The translations under genes were made by a program, and so were the position numbers. A DNA stretch of 64,000 bases from Hyphochytrium catenoides (lineage: Eukaryota > Protista > Hyphochytriomycota), in the NCBI GenBank assembly GCA_900088475.1, contig FLMG01003587.1:1-64000 (forward strand), read 5' to 3'. The notes beneath the pieces are model-generated. The model saw only the letters and a list, made by a program, of their open reading frames with translations. It searched no databases and was not told the DNA's origin. Positions within the stretch are counted from its first letter, which is position 1. Each line of letters begins with the position of its first letter. This document shows, piece by piece, positions 27,701-41,200 of the stretch.

Positions 27701-30502
27701 AAGGTACGGACCCGCATTGCAGATAAACCTTATTGCTAATCGTGCATGACACGCTTGGTTATTACTGGACCCTACATCTTTAGTGTGTCCATGTTATCGC
27801 CTTGGATGTCCACGTGATCGTTGTGGTTGTTTCTACCCCTACCCTGGACATCTAAGAATGAGCTGCTGTTGAGAAGACGCAAGCCCTAGCTTCGATGTCC
27901 ACTTATGACTGTCTAATTCACCTTTAAAGTCAGCCTTGTCTATCCTGTTATCTCGTCCTCCTCTTCTGCTTCTTAAAAAGAGAATCTCCTTCGGCCCGAC
28001 GCTAACCTCACCCTCATGCCTCCCTGTTATAGGTTTTGTTTATATCCCCGGAGAAGCTTGTTTCTTCCTCTTTTCTTCGACTGGCTGCTAATCGAAGGTT
28101 GTTCCCCGATCTCTCGCTGGTCTGCGTTGATGAAGCTCATTGCCTCTCCCAATGGAGCCACAATTTCAGACCTGCGTACTTTAGGGTCAGAGAGGTGAGA
28201 TCCTTCTACCCTTCGCTCGTTCAGCGCATCCCTCGTTCAATCCTCACATTATCACCTGGTCCGGTCCCACATGAGCTTTTCTTTTTTTACACACAGGCTC
28301 GAACCTTCGCTTTTTTAAACAGCGTATCTGACTGTGGCCTGCGCACGTCTGCTCTCTTTATCAGGCACTGGAGCACATTGCTAAGCTTCGAGGTCAACCT
28401 CCTCCCCCAGTGTTAGCATTAACGGCTACCGCTAGTAGGATGGTGAAGGAGGAGATCTGCTCCCTTCTAGCTATCGACCGAAAGGAGGCTGTACGAGAGG
28501 AGAAAGTTGAACGGGAGAACCTTGTCCTACTTGTACACCGTGTCAACTCCGAGGAGGAAAAGCGAGGTCTCCTCCTGTCTCTTCTCAGAGCAGCATCCCA
28601 TCCCCATAGTGGGACAGCGAAAGAAAAGCTCGGTTCGACCGTGATATACGTGCAAAAGCAGAGTGATGCCATTGACTTGACTGCATTTCTTCAAAACGAG
28701 GGCTTCGCCTGTGCCTTCTACCATGGTGGCATGAAGGCAGGCGATAGAGAAAAGGTGCAGGGCGACTTCATGAGAAACAAGCTGCCTCTTCTTATCGCCA
28801 CTGTAGCGTTCGGTATGGGCATTGACAAGGAAGATGTAAGGAGAGTGATACACTATCATCTACCACGGAGCTTGGAGAACTATGTCCAAGAAGTAGGAAG
28901 AGCTGGAAGAGACGGGAAAAGTGCGCAGGTAAATGGACCTGGATACTGCCAAACTCTCTGGCGGACGTTGTTTTTTTCTCCTGTTGTCTTATCGCCACTT
29001 GGACAATCGCTAATCCGCATTCCGTACTTCTCTTGCTTCTCTGTCTTCCTTCGACACTCTCTCTGTGGCAATATGACATGTTAACATCCTTGCCCTCACT
29101 TGCCTTATAGCCATAGTGTTCCCTCTTTGACCATTTAAAGTAAAGACTAAACTTCTTAAACCTCTCGTTTTTTATTGCTGTCTTCGTCTTTTTTCTGGCA
29201 CTATCTGTATAGTGCCACCTCTTCCTCCAGGATCATGATTTTCTGCAGCTTCACAGCCTCAGCCATGCAGATGGCGTGGACCAAGAAAACGTAAAGTTAT
29301 TTTTGGAGACGCTCAGGACCGCAGCTGAAGAGGTTAGCAGACGCAGAGGGAATAAGGTCCTGCGGGACAGCAAGGAAAATCAAACAGTGAAGACAACGAC
29401 GCAACAGGCGTTCAGCACATTCTACCTTCCTGTCCAGGGCATAGTGGACAAGACAGACATCAAGGGGGAGACAATTGAGACACTTTTTCACTTCCTATCT
29501 CTCTCGCGGCTAACTCCCTTCGTATACTGCGGCGTGGTGTTCTCGGAACTCATCGTTAACATCAACCCAACCAAGCTTTCCCTACTTCGATCTACTGAAC
29601 CGCTCATGGAGGCCATCACGAGAATAGGAGAAGAGGTGACTGAAGGAGGAGGAGGATATCAGTCGCAGGTGTGCTACCGCATACAGCTTGATGACCTCTT
29701 CATAGCCATGCGTCCCACAGAGAGTTTAAGCAAGTCAAAGTGTCAGAGTGTGAAGGTCCCGGATGACGATGGTGGCTTTGTCTTTCAGGAGCTTCGTCGA
29801 CTATCGAACCTCAAACATCTCACTTTTCAGCTAGAAACACCCGCGTACAAGATCCAATACTCCCTGCGTGCGGAGGAGGAGCCACAGACAGATCATGCTA
29901 CTGGTGGCGTACTAGATTGCGAGCGTGAGGAATCTCTCTCAGCCCGTTTCAATGAGCTAGGTAGCTATTTGACGGCGAAGCTGGGGGCTGTAGAGCGAGA
30001 TCAGGTAGAAAAACTGGAAACAGCCTACCAGATCTTTGCATCGGCTGCCATAGAAGAGCAAGAGAAAGCAGGTTCTTGCAATGCAACCTTGCACAAGTAT
30101 ATCTCTCGTTATTTTCTGGAGCCAAGAGCGGATCTCCTCCCAGGTCAGTTCCTGTCCGTTATTTCTCACCTCCTTCACCTCGATCTAAGTGTGTCTGCCG
30201 TGTTCCAAATCGATTCAGATCTTGTCGGCGTTCAGCTCCCATTTTCTCAACCATCAGCGACAGAGGAAGACCATATACGCAGGGACGCTCGCGTTCTCTT
30301 GTCTGATGAGAGAGTGAGAGGGAGGGTAACTTTTGAGGAGCATGGCCTTGTCTCGCCTCGACTTTTGGCTCGACTTATGCATGGACTTCCGTCACCTCTT
30401 TTCCCCACAGAAGAGTGGCGAGGAAGTCCCTTCTGGCGTCGACATGTGAATGTTGCCTTCGGTGACCTTTTGCGGATCATTGAGGCCGAACTGGGCTTAT
30501 AG
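24772..30502 (+). CDS. RECQL4: RecQ4-type helicase (Sld2-like N-terminus, GRF zinc finger, SAP domain, RecQ core, RECQL4 C-terminal domain)
   Basis: Sld2-like LLTWEKTFFQTHGRRPAREDI...YSRYKRLK and SDNFVRMDLKKK. Helicase motifs FRPGQEWAI, LPTGGGKSLTFQLP, CVDEAHCLSQWSHNFRPAY, LALTATA, ATVAFGMGIDK, YVQEVGRAGRDG. RECQL4-type tail ARLMHGLPSPLFPTEEWRGSPFWRRH. Confidence 0.93.
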
Positions 30503-30801
30503 ATAGCAGCAATTTTGTACCAACATCTCCAAGATTAACGGGTCTCAGAATCTCCGTCCGATGGCACCTACCTGATGACAAAAGGCCCAGAACTCTTCAG
30601 TACAGTCTATTTATTGATTATTGCTTGTGGCACCGCTAAAGGCATTCGGGGTAGAGATGGTAGCTACCGGAGTCGGGTTGTCTCTCGCCTCACCCTCGAG
30701 CTTTTGCCTCATTAGGCACTCTAAAGCGCCTAGATAGTTCTTATGTGTACGTATCTGTAGAAAGTAGTACGCTTCCCTTACTAAGTTCAACGGGCAAACC
30801 A

Positions 30802-33800
30802 CTATAGATCTTCGTGAAGGGACTGGTCTTCCGTAATCTCGGCCTGTCGGGCTGTATCGCTATAGACTTCACCTTCAGTTCGGTTCCATTCAGGTCCTCT
30901 GCGGAATGCCTCCTCGGCCAGCCTGATCTGTTCGTCCAACTCAACCCAGCTCTTGTCAAACAGAGAACCGCTCACCACTCTCTTCGCCATCTCTAGTTTT
31001 GGTTCTTTATGCAACGGATTGTTGCAGAGATCTATAGTCTTGGCCCTTCTTTTGCTATCATCGGAACACCAACTCTCGCACCAGAGCCATTCTTGGGGAA
31101 GAGAGAAGATGGGAATGTGATGCTGAGCATAGTTCGGTAGATCTTGGTCCAAATTAGCCAAGGAGTTGGGGTCGGCACTCAGCTAATCAGATGAGAGTAG
31201 GTGACAAGCAACAAACATAAGCTTAGAGTTCCAAGGATGAAGCTGACAAGGGTGAGCCAAACGTGGAACTAAATAGAAATTGGACCCTAGAACGACGCAT
31301 AGACGTACTCCTGAAATAGGGATACGTGGCGGAGACAGAGAGAAAGGGAACATCCCCATACATGCGTGCAAGACCCTCTTCCTATGTGACTATTCATTTC
31401 ATGGAAAAAGTCGCCGGACAAACTTAGCACTCGGTCTAGGAAAGACTCTCCTACCTCATGGTAGATAGCGCGCAGCTGGTCCCCAGCTACTTGCAGTCTA
31501 AATTGCACTAAATCCACCACGTAGAGAGCAGAGATATGGTAAGGCCGTCCCCTCAGATGGTTGGCCCAATAGCCTTGGCGCCAGAACTGGAATCCCAAAG
31601 TCTCTTCTCGGGAAGTGCAAAAGGGAGTGTAGGCATAAGGGGCACCGCCTAGATCGAGCTCCCATAGCTCTTTCAGATCTGCACGAAGAACCTGGGTATG
31701 TAGTGAGGTTAAACACCCATAAAGGACACAAGAGAAGACAACGACTTCTTAAGACTCAGGTTCCTTTAATACTAAGTCCTCAACCCTTTCTGGGCGAGGC
31801 ACTAGTCTCCTACATTGCCCTCTAGGTATTGACAGCTCACCTGGTCCGCGTCAACATAGATAATCTTCTTGAGATCTAGGGGGAAAAGGACGTCCAAGAA
31901 AAGAATTTTGTATCCCCAAATAATTCGCTGCTTCTCTGTTTGTTGTCTCAGCCAATGCGGCCACTTATACGTAACAAGCTCGTACTCAAAACCAAAGGTC
32001 TGGGCTAAAGCCTCAATCGATACCTATAGAAGCAACGATGAGGACGGAGTCTTAGGATATGATTCGGGCTAGGAGGACTGGGTGACCTAGGCTACTTATA
32101 TAACCTAGAACACCCATCATAAGCTGTCCATAGAGGTGCACCAGCGCGCTCCTCTCTCTTGTCTTCATACCTTGAAAGATGGAGAAAGGAAGTTCTCTAA
32201 CAGCCAAAACTTGACCGGCTGCGACGTGTGGGAAGAAACCGAGAGCATCATAATCTTAAGGAATCGCTCGTACAGGTGTCCAGAGGCAAGAGAGAAGACG
32301 TGGATGGTTTCCCCTGGAGCGCAGAATGGACATAGGATAAAGGTACCGTCAGACTTTAGATAGAATCGATGCGCACATTTGATAAGATCTATGACGACAA
32401 AAAGAGATAGCACAAGCCTTCAAGCACTGGAAAGCGCTTAAAAGGGCTACGATCGGCCGACAAGAAAGGGACCAGGACCCCAACCATAAAATAAGGAGAC
32501 GAGATGAGGCAGGAAGATGGGAAACTGGTGTTGACAATGAATTGGCATTCAAACGAAAGAAGCAAACCAGGAAAGCCCATGATGGCCTGAGAGATCACTG
32601 TCCAGTGTACCTTGCTTATCGTGAGACGTTAGTTTGGGATCAGCTTTCAGGCCAACGTACTGCAACAAAGAGGACCAAATGGATGGGCGATGCTGTTGCT
32701 TCGCTTCCACCTAGTCGTGTAGAGGAAGTCAGTCTCACGGTCAAAATTGCTTGGCGAGAAGAATGGAGAGGGCTAGGCAAACTTATTATGGAAGGAGAGA
32801 GGACACCACCAGACTTTGGTCAGGCGTGCAAATGCGAGGGACTGAAGCTCGGGAAGAAGGTGATACCTGCAAGCTTTTGGCGTCTCTCAAGAAGGCTTCT
32901 TTGTCCAGGAGGGGAACTTCTTCCATCCCCGGCCTTTTCTTGGCCTCTAGACGGTAGGGCTCTCCTAAGAAATCCTTCACAATTATTGGAACAGACAGCG
33001 AAGCTTGTCCTTTCTCATCAACCAGCTCATAGACCTCTCTTGCTCGTCCCTTCGCCAGGGAGAGAGACCACACGCCAGGATTGGCCTGGAGCTGAAAGTA
33101 ACCTAAGTTCCTCATGACCAAAGAGTCTACACGCTTGTATCTTGAAGCATGCGTCACGTTTTGCCCCGTTGCACCTGTGGCCTCTCCCGTGAGACTTGTG
33201 GTCTTTTCTCGGTTTAGGACAAGCTGAAGTCCTGATGGTGGAGGAGACCAAAAGGTCGTTACATCGGCACAATGGCCGCTTACCAACAAGTTTTTTAACA
33301 GATACTCTGCCATTACACTGAGATCAGCCTGAGTGGTAATAAAAGCTTGGTAAGTCAGGGACAGGGAAATCTGGCCTCAGGTGAAGGAAGAGGCAGAACC
33401 AAGAATAAAGCGTAGGTTTTAGGTCCAAGTATTGGGACAGTCTTGGCAACTCCAGGCACTTTACTAGAGCAGAAGCTTTCAGCGGGAATCAAGTAAGAGA
33501 GGGCCTTAACAAGAACGAACCAACCAGGTCACCATGGAGCGAAAAGGACACCAAAAGTAATGCAAAAAAGAGAAGATTGGCACCATCTTCTACCTTGCTT
33601 TTCGGATCCACCCGCAGATTGTCCAAGTCATGAACAGCCACTGCCGCCTGTACATTCCACGGTTCGGGTGTCTCCACCTTCAGCGTCAGAAGAGGGTGCA
33701 TCGGGAGACGGCGAAAGACAGCAGACGGTGCCAGCGGCGAAGATGACGGAGACCGAAAGACCAAGCGATAAAACCGCTTCAACGGGAAATCTCCGTAGCC

Positions 33801-36800
33801 TGATCCAGGCAGCTAAGACAAAGAAGCATAGATATCGTCAGACGAGGTGAAAAAGAGTTAGTGACGAATTGCATGGGCCTAAGCCCTCAAATGACTTATG
33901 ACCCTAGCGAATTGTCTCAATAACACCTGGCAGGGAGAACTTGTCGATTCGATGGACGAATACGAAGTTCGAAACGAAGGTTTTGTTTCGGTTAAGCCGT
34001 ACCATGTAGACAGTTGTGTCCAGACCAAGCCGATCCCTTAGTAGCCGAAGGAGAGGAGTTACTCGCTGCGCAGTCTCCGAAAGAGGGTCAAGTACCGCGA
34101 CCACTTTCACCGGGGAAGAGGACTTGGACTCGATTTTCATCCATTTGCTGTCGGTCAGTTCCTGTGGGACAGCTACCCTCGGTTTTTTGTCGGTAAAGCC
34201 GAGGACATTGCTCAGAAGCATGAGTTTGTCCGAGATCTTTCGGGCTTCGCGGGGCGAAGACGGAGCCAAGTTCAACCCAGAGATCTTACTTGCAATTTCC
34301 CTAGTTCTTTCCGTACTTCTCTGTTCCTCAAGTGACGCAAGGAGGAAGAAGTCCTCTCCCCTCACCACGTTCGTCCCATCTACATGTTGCTTCCCAAATG
34401 TGCCTGCATCCTCATCTAAAAGAAGCCTTCCATTGACCATGACGTGGGCCCTCTGAGTTCCAAGAGCTAGTTGGCGGCTAAGTTTCGCACCCACAGCTAT
34501 CGTCTTATCCAAGGAGGTGTTATAAGACAACAGAGTGGCCTTGACCTTATCAGCCACCTCCTTTGACAACCACTTGCCTGCCAATTGAAGAGCCATCTCC
34601 TTCTGAGCCTTCAAGGTCCCCTCTGCGGAGACATCGTCGAGAAGCGAAGCGTAGAACTGGTACACTTTCTTGTCTGAAACATCCCCAAGCGCTGCATTAA
34701 CCGCCATGAACAGGTCCCCGAATGTGGTTTCTCTTCCATTGCTTCCCACAATTGTTTGAGATGGCACATGTAAAAAAGCGAGGCGAACCTTCGACAACAC
34801 CGTGGGAACAGAGTCCTCATCTCCACAATTGGCACAAGACACGAAGTTAAGAGCTTCCTTGGCCTGCTCCTTTCCTGCCTGGGTGCTAAGATCGCTGAAG
34901 ACCAGCAGGGAAATGTGCTTGGCATGGTCAAGATCCTTGCCCAAAACATGATGCCAAAACGGTATCTGCTTCTCTTCGTGGTCGCTCTCGTTCGTGAAGT
35001 GTGGCGAGAGCGAAAGATCTACCCAGCTGGCCGTTGCCTTGCTTTCCGTCAGTATCCTATGGTAGCGAGAATATGCATTCAAGTCTCCTAGGATGACTGC
35101 CTGAATATCAGACTCCTGCTTGATCTTGCCTTCCTGTATCAGGCGTCCCACTACTGCTTGCTCCTCCCTGATGAACTGTATAAGATTGCCCTGATACTCC
35201 AAGTTCTTTGTGAGCAGACCGTTCATAAGGAAGCAGTTGGAAGGGACACTCTTGGAACTGACAAATCTTGCCATTTTCTCTGCTCGACTGGCTCCGGTTT
35301 CCTTTTGCCGTAACACTTCTAAGCCCTTCAGAGTGAGACTCTTTCGGTACTTCTTTCTTTTGGCAAGAGCGTCATACTTGCTGATAACGAAGCCCACCGT
35401 CGGTTTGCCTTCCACTGCCGAAAGAGCCAAGAGGAAGTCGTTGACGGCCTTGTTTGCACCTTGATCCACCATGTAAGAAAGAAGCCGAACAAGGTCCCAG
35501 CACGAAATAGCGCTATCTTTTTGCTCTAGATTGGAGGCTCTCTTCTCGGGACAAGAGAACAGGAGCCCGAAGCGGAACGGTAGCATTCTCTCCTGGAACA
35601 TGAAGTGTGATTGAAGTGCAGTCTTGAACTCCGTTAGGGTAGGGTCAACCACAAAGATGCTGGTATACAAATTCTTCCTTATGACACGGAGGGAGAAAGT
35701 AGGAGCGAAGAAACTCTCTACGTTTGGTGGAAGAGGCTCGTACTGGGGATCCTTCTCAACGTCATTGAGGTAGATAATAAGGTCCTCTGCTCCCTGTGTG
35801 ATATCAATACGGAAGGAAGCCTCCCCGGTCTGTTCTCTTGGACTTGACTCAATAATCGTCTTCACTATACTCTGCAGATCATCATGACGGTGCCCTCTTT
35901 GCTCCTTCATTACTTCCTCTACATCGTTAGCAGAGCCAAGCGTCCTTCTGAGCCTCGCCATATTGTCAATCTCATCTCGGACAAGCTTGAGAACGGTGTA
36001 AGGGTTGAAGGAAGTCGTTTGCGCCTGTGCAACCTCAGCCCCATTAATAAAGAGGAGACCTTTGAACTCTTCCAGATGAAACTTGGCCGCTTTCACCTCC
36101 TCTCTGAGATCGTCGGGTACCTTTATCTTTGAGAGACGATGAACTAAGACAGGGAAGTTCTGAGAGAGGAGTTGCAGGCGTAAAAGAGGATCATCTGCTT
36201 CCTTGACATCTGCAAGTGTTGCTAGTCCAATATCTCCTATGTCCCAGGCGTTAAGCTTATCCTCTTCTTGTTGCTCGCTTAGTGCCTCTTTAAATCTGAG
36301 AATGTCCTTTTTAAGCTCCGGCTTCCGCTTTAGAAGTTTGTCAAAGAGGAAACCGTGAATATCCTCCTCCTCTAGCAGGAGGCCATCCTCGTCATCTTCG
36401 TCGACTTCATGCGCTTCTTCATCTCCCTCCGCCTCGCTGTTGCCTAACTGGCTGACAGGGTCATCGATATTCTTGTACTCTAAGTTCTTGATATCCAGAG
36501 CTACGCCAAAGCCTTGAAGAAGAGTCGGGAAGCCTTCGGATGGCGGCATATGCCTGAAAATATACCGTACTTTGCCTTCGGCAGATTTCGTCTTCAACAG
36601 GTTATGGAAGGAAGCAAACGCAGGAGACCCCAGCTGGCCGTACACAATGACTGTCTTACTCTGCCTTCCTGCCGGCGAAAGGTAGATGTGGTCGAAAGAG
36701 AATATCTCAAGCGAAGAGCTGATATTCTCTGTGCTTTCATTAGAGTTCAAGAGCGGCCGCTTGGAGATAAGGCTGCCGAGTTCTGCAACGGAGCATGCTA

Positions 36801-37452
36801 CTGACGTCGCACCTTCAACCAATGCTAGTGCTCCCGTATTCCCACAGGCATTCTCGATTTCTGAGAAGAGCTGCAGACCGATTAACGTCAGTCCTGGAGT
36901 ATTACCCCTTGCATAAGGCTCGCAGCTCTAAGCTGACCTGGTAGTAAAGCTCTACGGTAGGAGCATAAGCTCTGGTATGCAACGCCACTTCCAGCACCTG
37001 GGTCAAGGTTCCACACCTTAGACGGTAAGGTAACCAAGTGACCAAGATACCTTGGGGCAGCTGCTCATACCTTTTGCATATCCTCGTCTAGAATCCCCGA
37101 CGACATGGCAAGTGACCGCTGCACTAGCTCCTGATAGATAGCCTCGGACGACAGGGCTTCTACCTTCAAACTCAGAGGCTCGGCCACCCATCCCTCAACA
37201 AACTGCCAAAAAGCCTCTCCAGAGGCATCCGCCAGAAATTGACTGCATATGAAATACTCAGGGATAAGCTGCGCCATGAGATAGAGCAGAAGCCACTGGA
37301 ACTTACCTTGTTTCAAAAACGGGAGATAGCGCGCTGCTCTTCCAAGGCGCCTTCAGCTTCACAGTAACCTTCCTCGCTTGTCCATCAAGCAAGGAGCCAA
37401 GAATAAGGACTCCAAGGAATAAGAAGGTCCCAGCGGCAGGGAACCTCGTCAT
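30802..37452 (-). CDS. UGGT: UDP-glucose:glycoprotein glucosyltransferase
   Basis: Signal peptide [37 protein letters not shown]; [16 protein letters not shown]; [11 protein letters not shown]; [19 protein letters not shown]24 domain [29 protein letters not shown]...[47 protein letters not shown]-terminal HEDL ER-retention signal. Confidence 0.97.
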
Positions 37453-38236
37453 CCTTGTCCGTCCTCGGATAGGTGCCAATGCACCCTTTTCCTATCTTCT
37501 CTTTACACAGATCCCCAAAGAGTGCCCAGCTCACCTGAAAGGCATCAACGCAACCCGCTTTCCTTCCTCTCTCTTTGATCCGAGCCGGTGCTCGCCCGAG
37601 GCAATAGCCTTGGACGCTAGCCTTGGACGCCACAAGAGGAAGTCCAAGCAGGCGCTGAGATTCTGGACGCCTTTATATGGAGGTTGCAGCGCCTACCAGT
37701 GGGGCGCCTTGGTCTCTCTCGTGTGCTGACCGAGTGAGTTACTGTCTGGCTACACGGATGAAGATGATAGATGATGATGAGATGCGCTGGCAAAAGTAGT
37801 GCGAAGAATGCTCCTCGAGGTATCTTTCTCGTTGCTGTGCAGAATCAGATCTGCCAATTGATTCTACCTCTTCCGGTAGTAAAAGCCTTACAAACATTAG
37901 AAAGATCTATGGGGAAATCTCTCTGTAATAGTAACTTTTTAGTTCCAGGGCCTCTATAATGCGAATACTTGTTGACTCGTGACAGACAGAAGACAGAGCT
38001 TTTCTTTTGAAGAAATCTGTGGGCGGCAGAGCATAATTTGACGATGACTCTGTCCTCCTCATCAGCTTCCCAATGGTAAGAGCCGATGACAATGGATTGA
38101 TTGATTACCTGCAGCAGATAGGTCTCTGCGCCTGGTCCACACGATGCAGGCAGGTCGCTAGAGGAGTACAGATCAATTGACAGAGGCTGATACGAATGGC
38201 GTGAGATTAGGTCTATAGGTCCCTCTCCCAGCCACG

Positions 38237-41200
38237 ATGTTTGGAAGCGGGCAAACTCCAAGCTTTGGTGCGCCCACATTTGGTGCCTCAAACCCGGTAT
38301 CTCCTTCCCCGTTTGGGAGTGCAAATCAAGCTTCTCCATTTGCAGCATCTTCGGGGTTTGGAGGATCAGGAGGGGCTTCAGGCTTTGGAGGAGCGGGGGG
38401 TTCTGCTTCTCCATTTGGGGGAACTTCGGCGTCCTTTGGCCGAAGCGCCGTGGGTCAGCCTAGCGCAACTCAGAGCCCATTTGGCTCTGCCGCTCAACCC
38501 GCGTTCGGAGGCCAAGCCGCCAGGCCGACGACAGGCTTTGGAACTCCTACGGCAGGAGCCACGGCGAGCCCTTTCAATTCTCCATTTGCGTCGACCACAG
38601 CGACTACTACCGGGACCTTTGGCCAGCAGTCCGGGACTCGTCAGGATGAAATGATGGACACGGGCTTGGGAGCAGGATCCATCCAAGCTACGCAGCCGAC
38701 GTTTGGCACTCCTTCTCCTTTCGGTTCCTCGGGGGGTGCGGTCTTTGGCAGAAGCGGGCTCGGTGGTGGTCCTTTTGGCTCGTCAGCTTCTCCTTCTCAG
38801 ACTACTTGGGGGGCGGCGGGCCAGCAATCGGGTGGCAGTCACCTAATCCCGTCCGTAAGTACTTCCCCATTTGGAAATATTTCTAGTGCCCCACTAGGAC
38901 CTGCCAAGCAATCTAGCTTCGCTGGCACTTCCTCTGGGTTTGGTGTCCAGGGTCAGTCAGGTTTTGGAGGAGGAACAACCGCCAATACTTCGTCTCCCTT
39001 TGCCACTCCCGCCGCCCCTGGGCCGAGCCCCATGTCAACCCCAACTTGGGGTCAAGCAGCAGCTTCTCCATTCGGCTCAAATAACACAAGTGGAAACCCC
39101 ACGAACAGTCGTGCTGTACCATTTGGCTCAGGAGCATCAGGAGGCTTTAGTCTCCCTACTCCAACTCCACCAGCAGGAGGTTTCGGTGCTGGTAGCAGCA
39201 GGACTGCTCCTACAACGAGCAGTGCCTCTTTCGGAGCTTCTGTTTCTCCATTTGGGACTCCGAGTCCGTCTCCTAGCCCGTTCGGAACTACCTCCAGCTT
39301 TCCTAGTTCAGCACCGTTCGGATCTTTCTCCACAACTCAACCTGCAGCGAGTGCAGCATTCACAGGTTTTGGCCCCTCCCCGTCTTCTACCGGTGCTACA
39401 ACTTCCGCAACGTCCACGTCGACTACCACTTCTGCATTTGGAGTTCCAGGCTCTGTGGGACAGCCTATTTTTAATGCTTCTTCTGCTTCTGCTTCGAATA
39501 GCCAAGGAAGCTCTTCGCCCTTCGGCGGCATTGCCGACAAGAAAGCCCTTGGCGCACCCATTTTCGGTGCCTCAAGCGCTGGTGGAGCAGTTACTAGCGC
39601 CCCTCCTGTATCATTTGGTAAACCTCCTACTTCAACCACACCTTCCAGCACTCCCTTATTTGGTTCCAGTGCGGTGGCGTCGAGCACTACTTTAAAGGAC
39701 GAGACGGAATCCGCTGCTGCCTCGAACAGACCAAGAGATGCAGGTCCCAAAACCTTCGGCGGACGTGGGGCAAAAAGGGGAGGCTCTTCTATCTTTGAAA
39801 GATTAGGAGGAGGACAAGAGGAAAAGTTAGAAGAGAAAGCCGAGGAGAAGAGTTCTGAAAAGGCTCTGGTACCAGCACCACGGGGGATGCAGAATGAGGG
39901 AGGTAAGCAGTATGGCCACGTTCGAGGCATGATACGAACATCTGCTGTGGCTGCGAAGTGCTTCTCGTTTTACTTATCTTTGTCATACTGTTTCTGAAGA
40001 ACTGTTTCTGAAGAACTTTAGATATTTGCCGTGGTCGTGAGCACTAAGACATCGGGACTTGACCTTGCTGCAACCGCTCTCTCATCAGCTGCTCCCCCCA
40101 CCTCTTACTCTTTCTCAGTCGATGTGGAAGACACTGCTCCTTACCTGAGTACAGGAAAGAAAGAAAGAGCGGCATGGGTGTACGTTAACCATTGCCCAGC
40201 TGAGATAAACAATAAGAAGTCAATCATGAGCATGTTCAAGCGGATAGGGCAGATAGATCAGATAATATGCAGACCAGCTAAAAATTTGGCTATTGTCAAG
40301 TTTCAAAATGAGGTAGGCTTTCGGACGAAGATCTCTATGGGCTTGGTCCCACTTCTTACTTCCGGCCATTCAGTGAAGAAAGGGTAAATCAATGGTTTGA
40401 TCAGGTGACGGAGATCAGTGGTGAAAGGAAGAGGCTCACTCTCCTGAGGTTTCGTTTGAGTGGGGCAAGAGGAGATGCTACAGTAGACAGTGGGTTCAAA
40501 GAGACTTATCGTCCGTAAAAAGCAGTGAAAAGCTCAAAGTATCTCTCCAGGCGGATGCTCAGACTGCGAAGAAAGCTGTGAGTCTAAAGGCGTATGGCGG
40601 CCGGGATGGACCTCCTAAACGTGCTCCAAAGCCCAAGGCCGCTTCCCCTTTCCCGGCGCCAGGTAGCGCTGAAGAGGAGTAGGACGTCATCTCGTGTTAC
40701 TGGAAAGCATGAACTCTTACGCCCATTGAAAGGCCTAAACTCCTTATCCTATGCATGTGTGACATTTGTCGATCTGCCTCACGCATGTCCAGAGGGCTTC
40801 ATTTTGCTTTCTGACAGCTCTCCCACTTTTCCACGCTCGATGCTTCAGCAGAGTCGTCGGAACTCAGGAATCAACCACCACTAGCCAGCTCGCAAGGGAA
40901 GCTTCTCCCCTTAAAGTCTACCACCAAGACTGCAATCTCCATTCCGGAAGGAGTTTCCATTCCGGCGGGGCTGCCGGAAGAAGATATTCCTTCATATTTG
41001 GAGGCAATAGGAGCGCAACATTCCTTCGGCACGGCTGCGCAAACGAGCGAACCCAAAGTCTTGAAAAGCGGTAAGAAACAGAAAGCCCCACGGAAAAGTG
41101 CACCATCCGGACAGACTCGGATACCGCCAGGCGTTAGCATTCCCGCTGGCTTGCCGGAAGAGGAGATTCCGGCGTACCTAGAAGCCATAGGCGCCCAACA

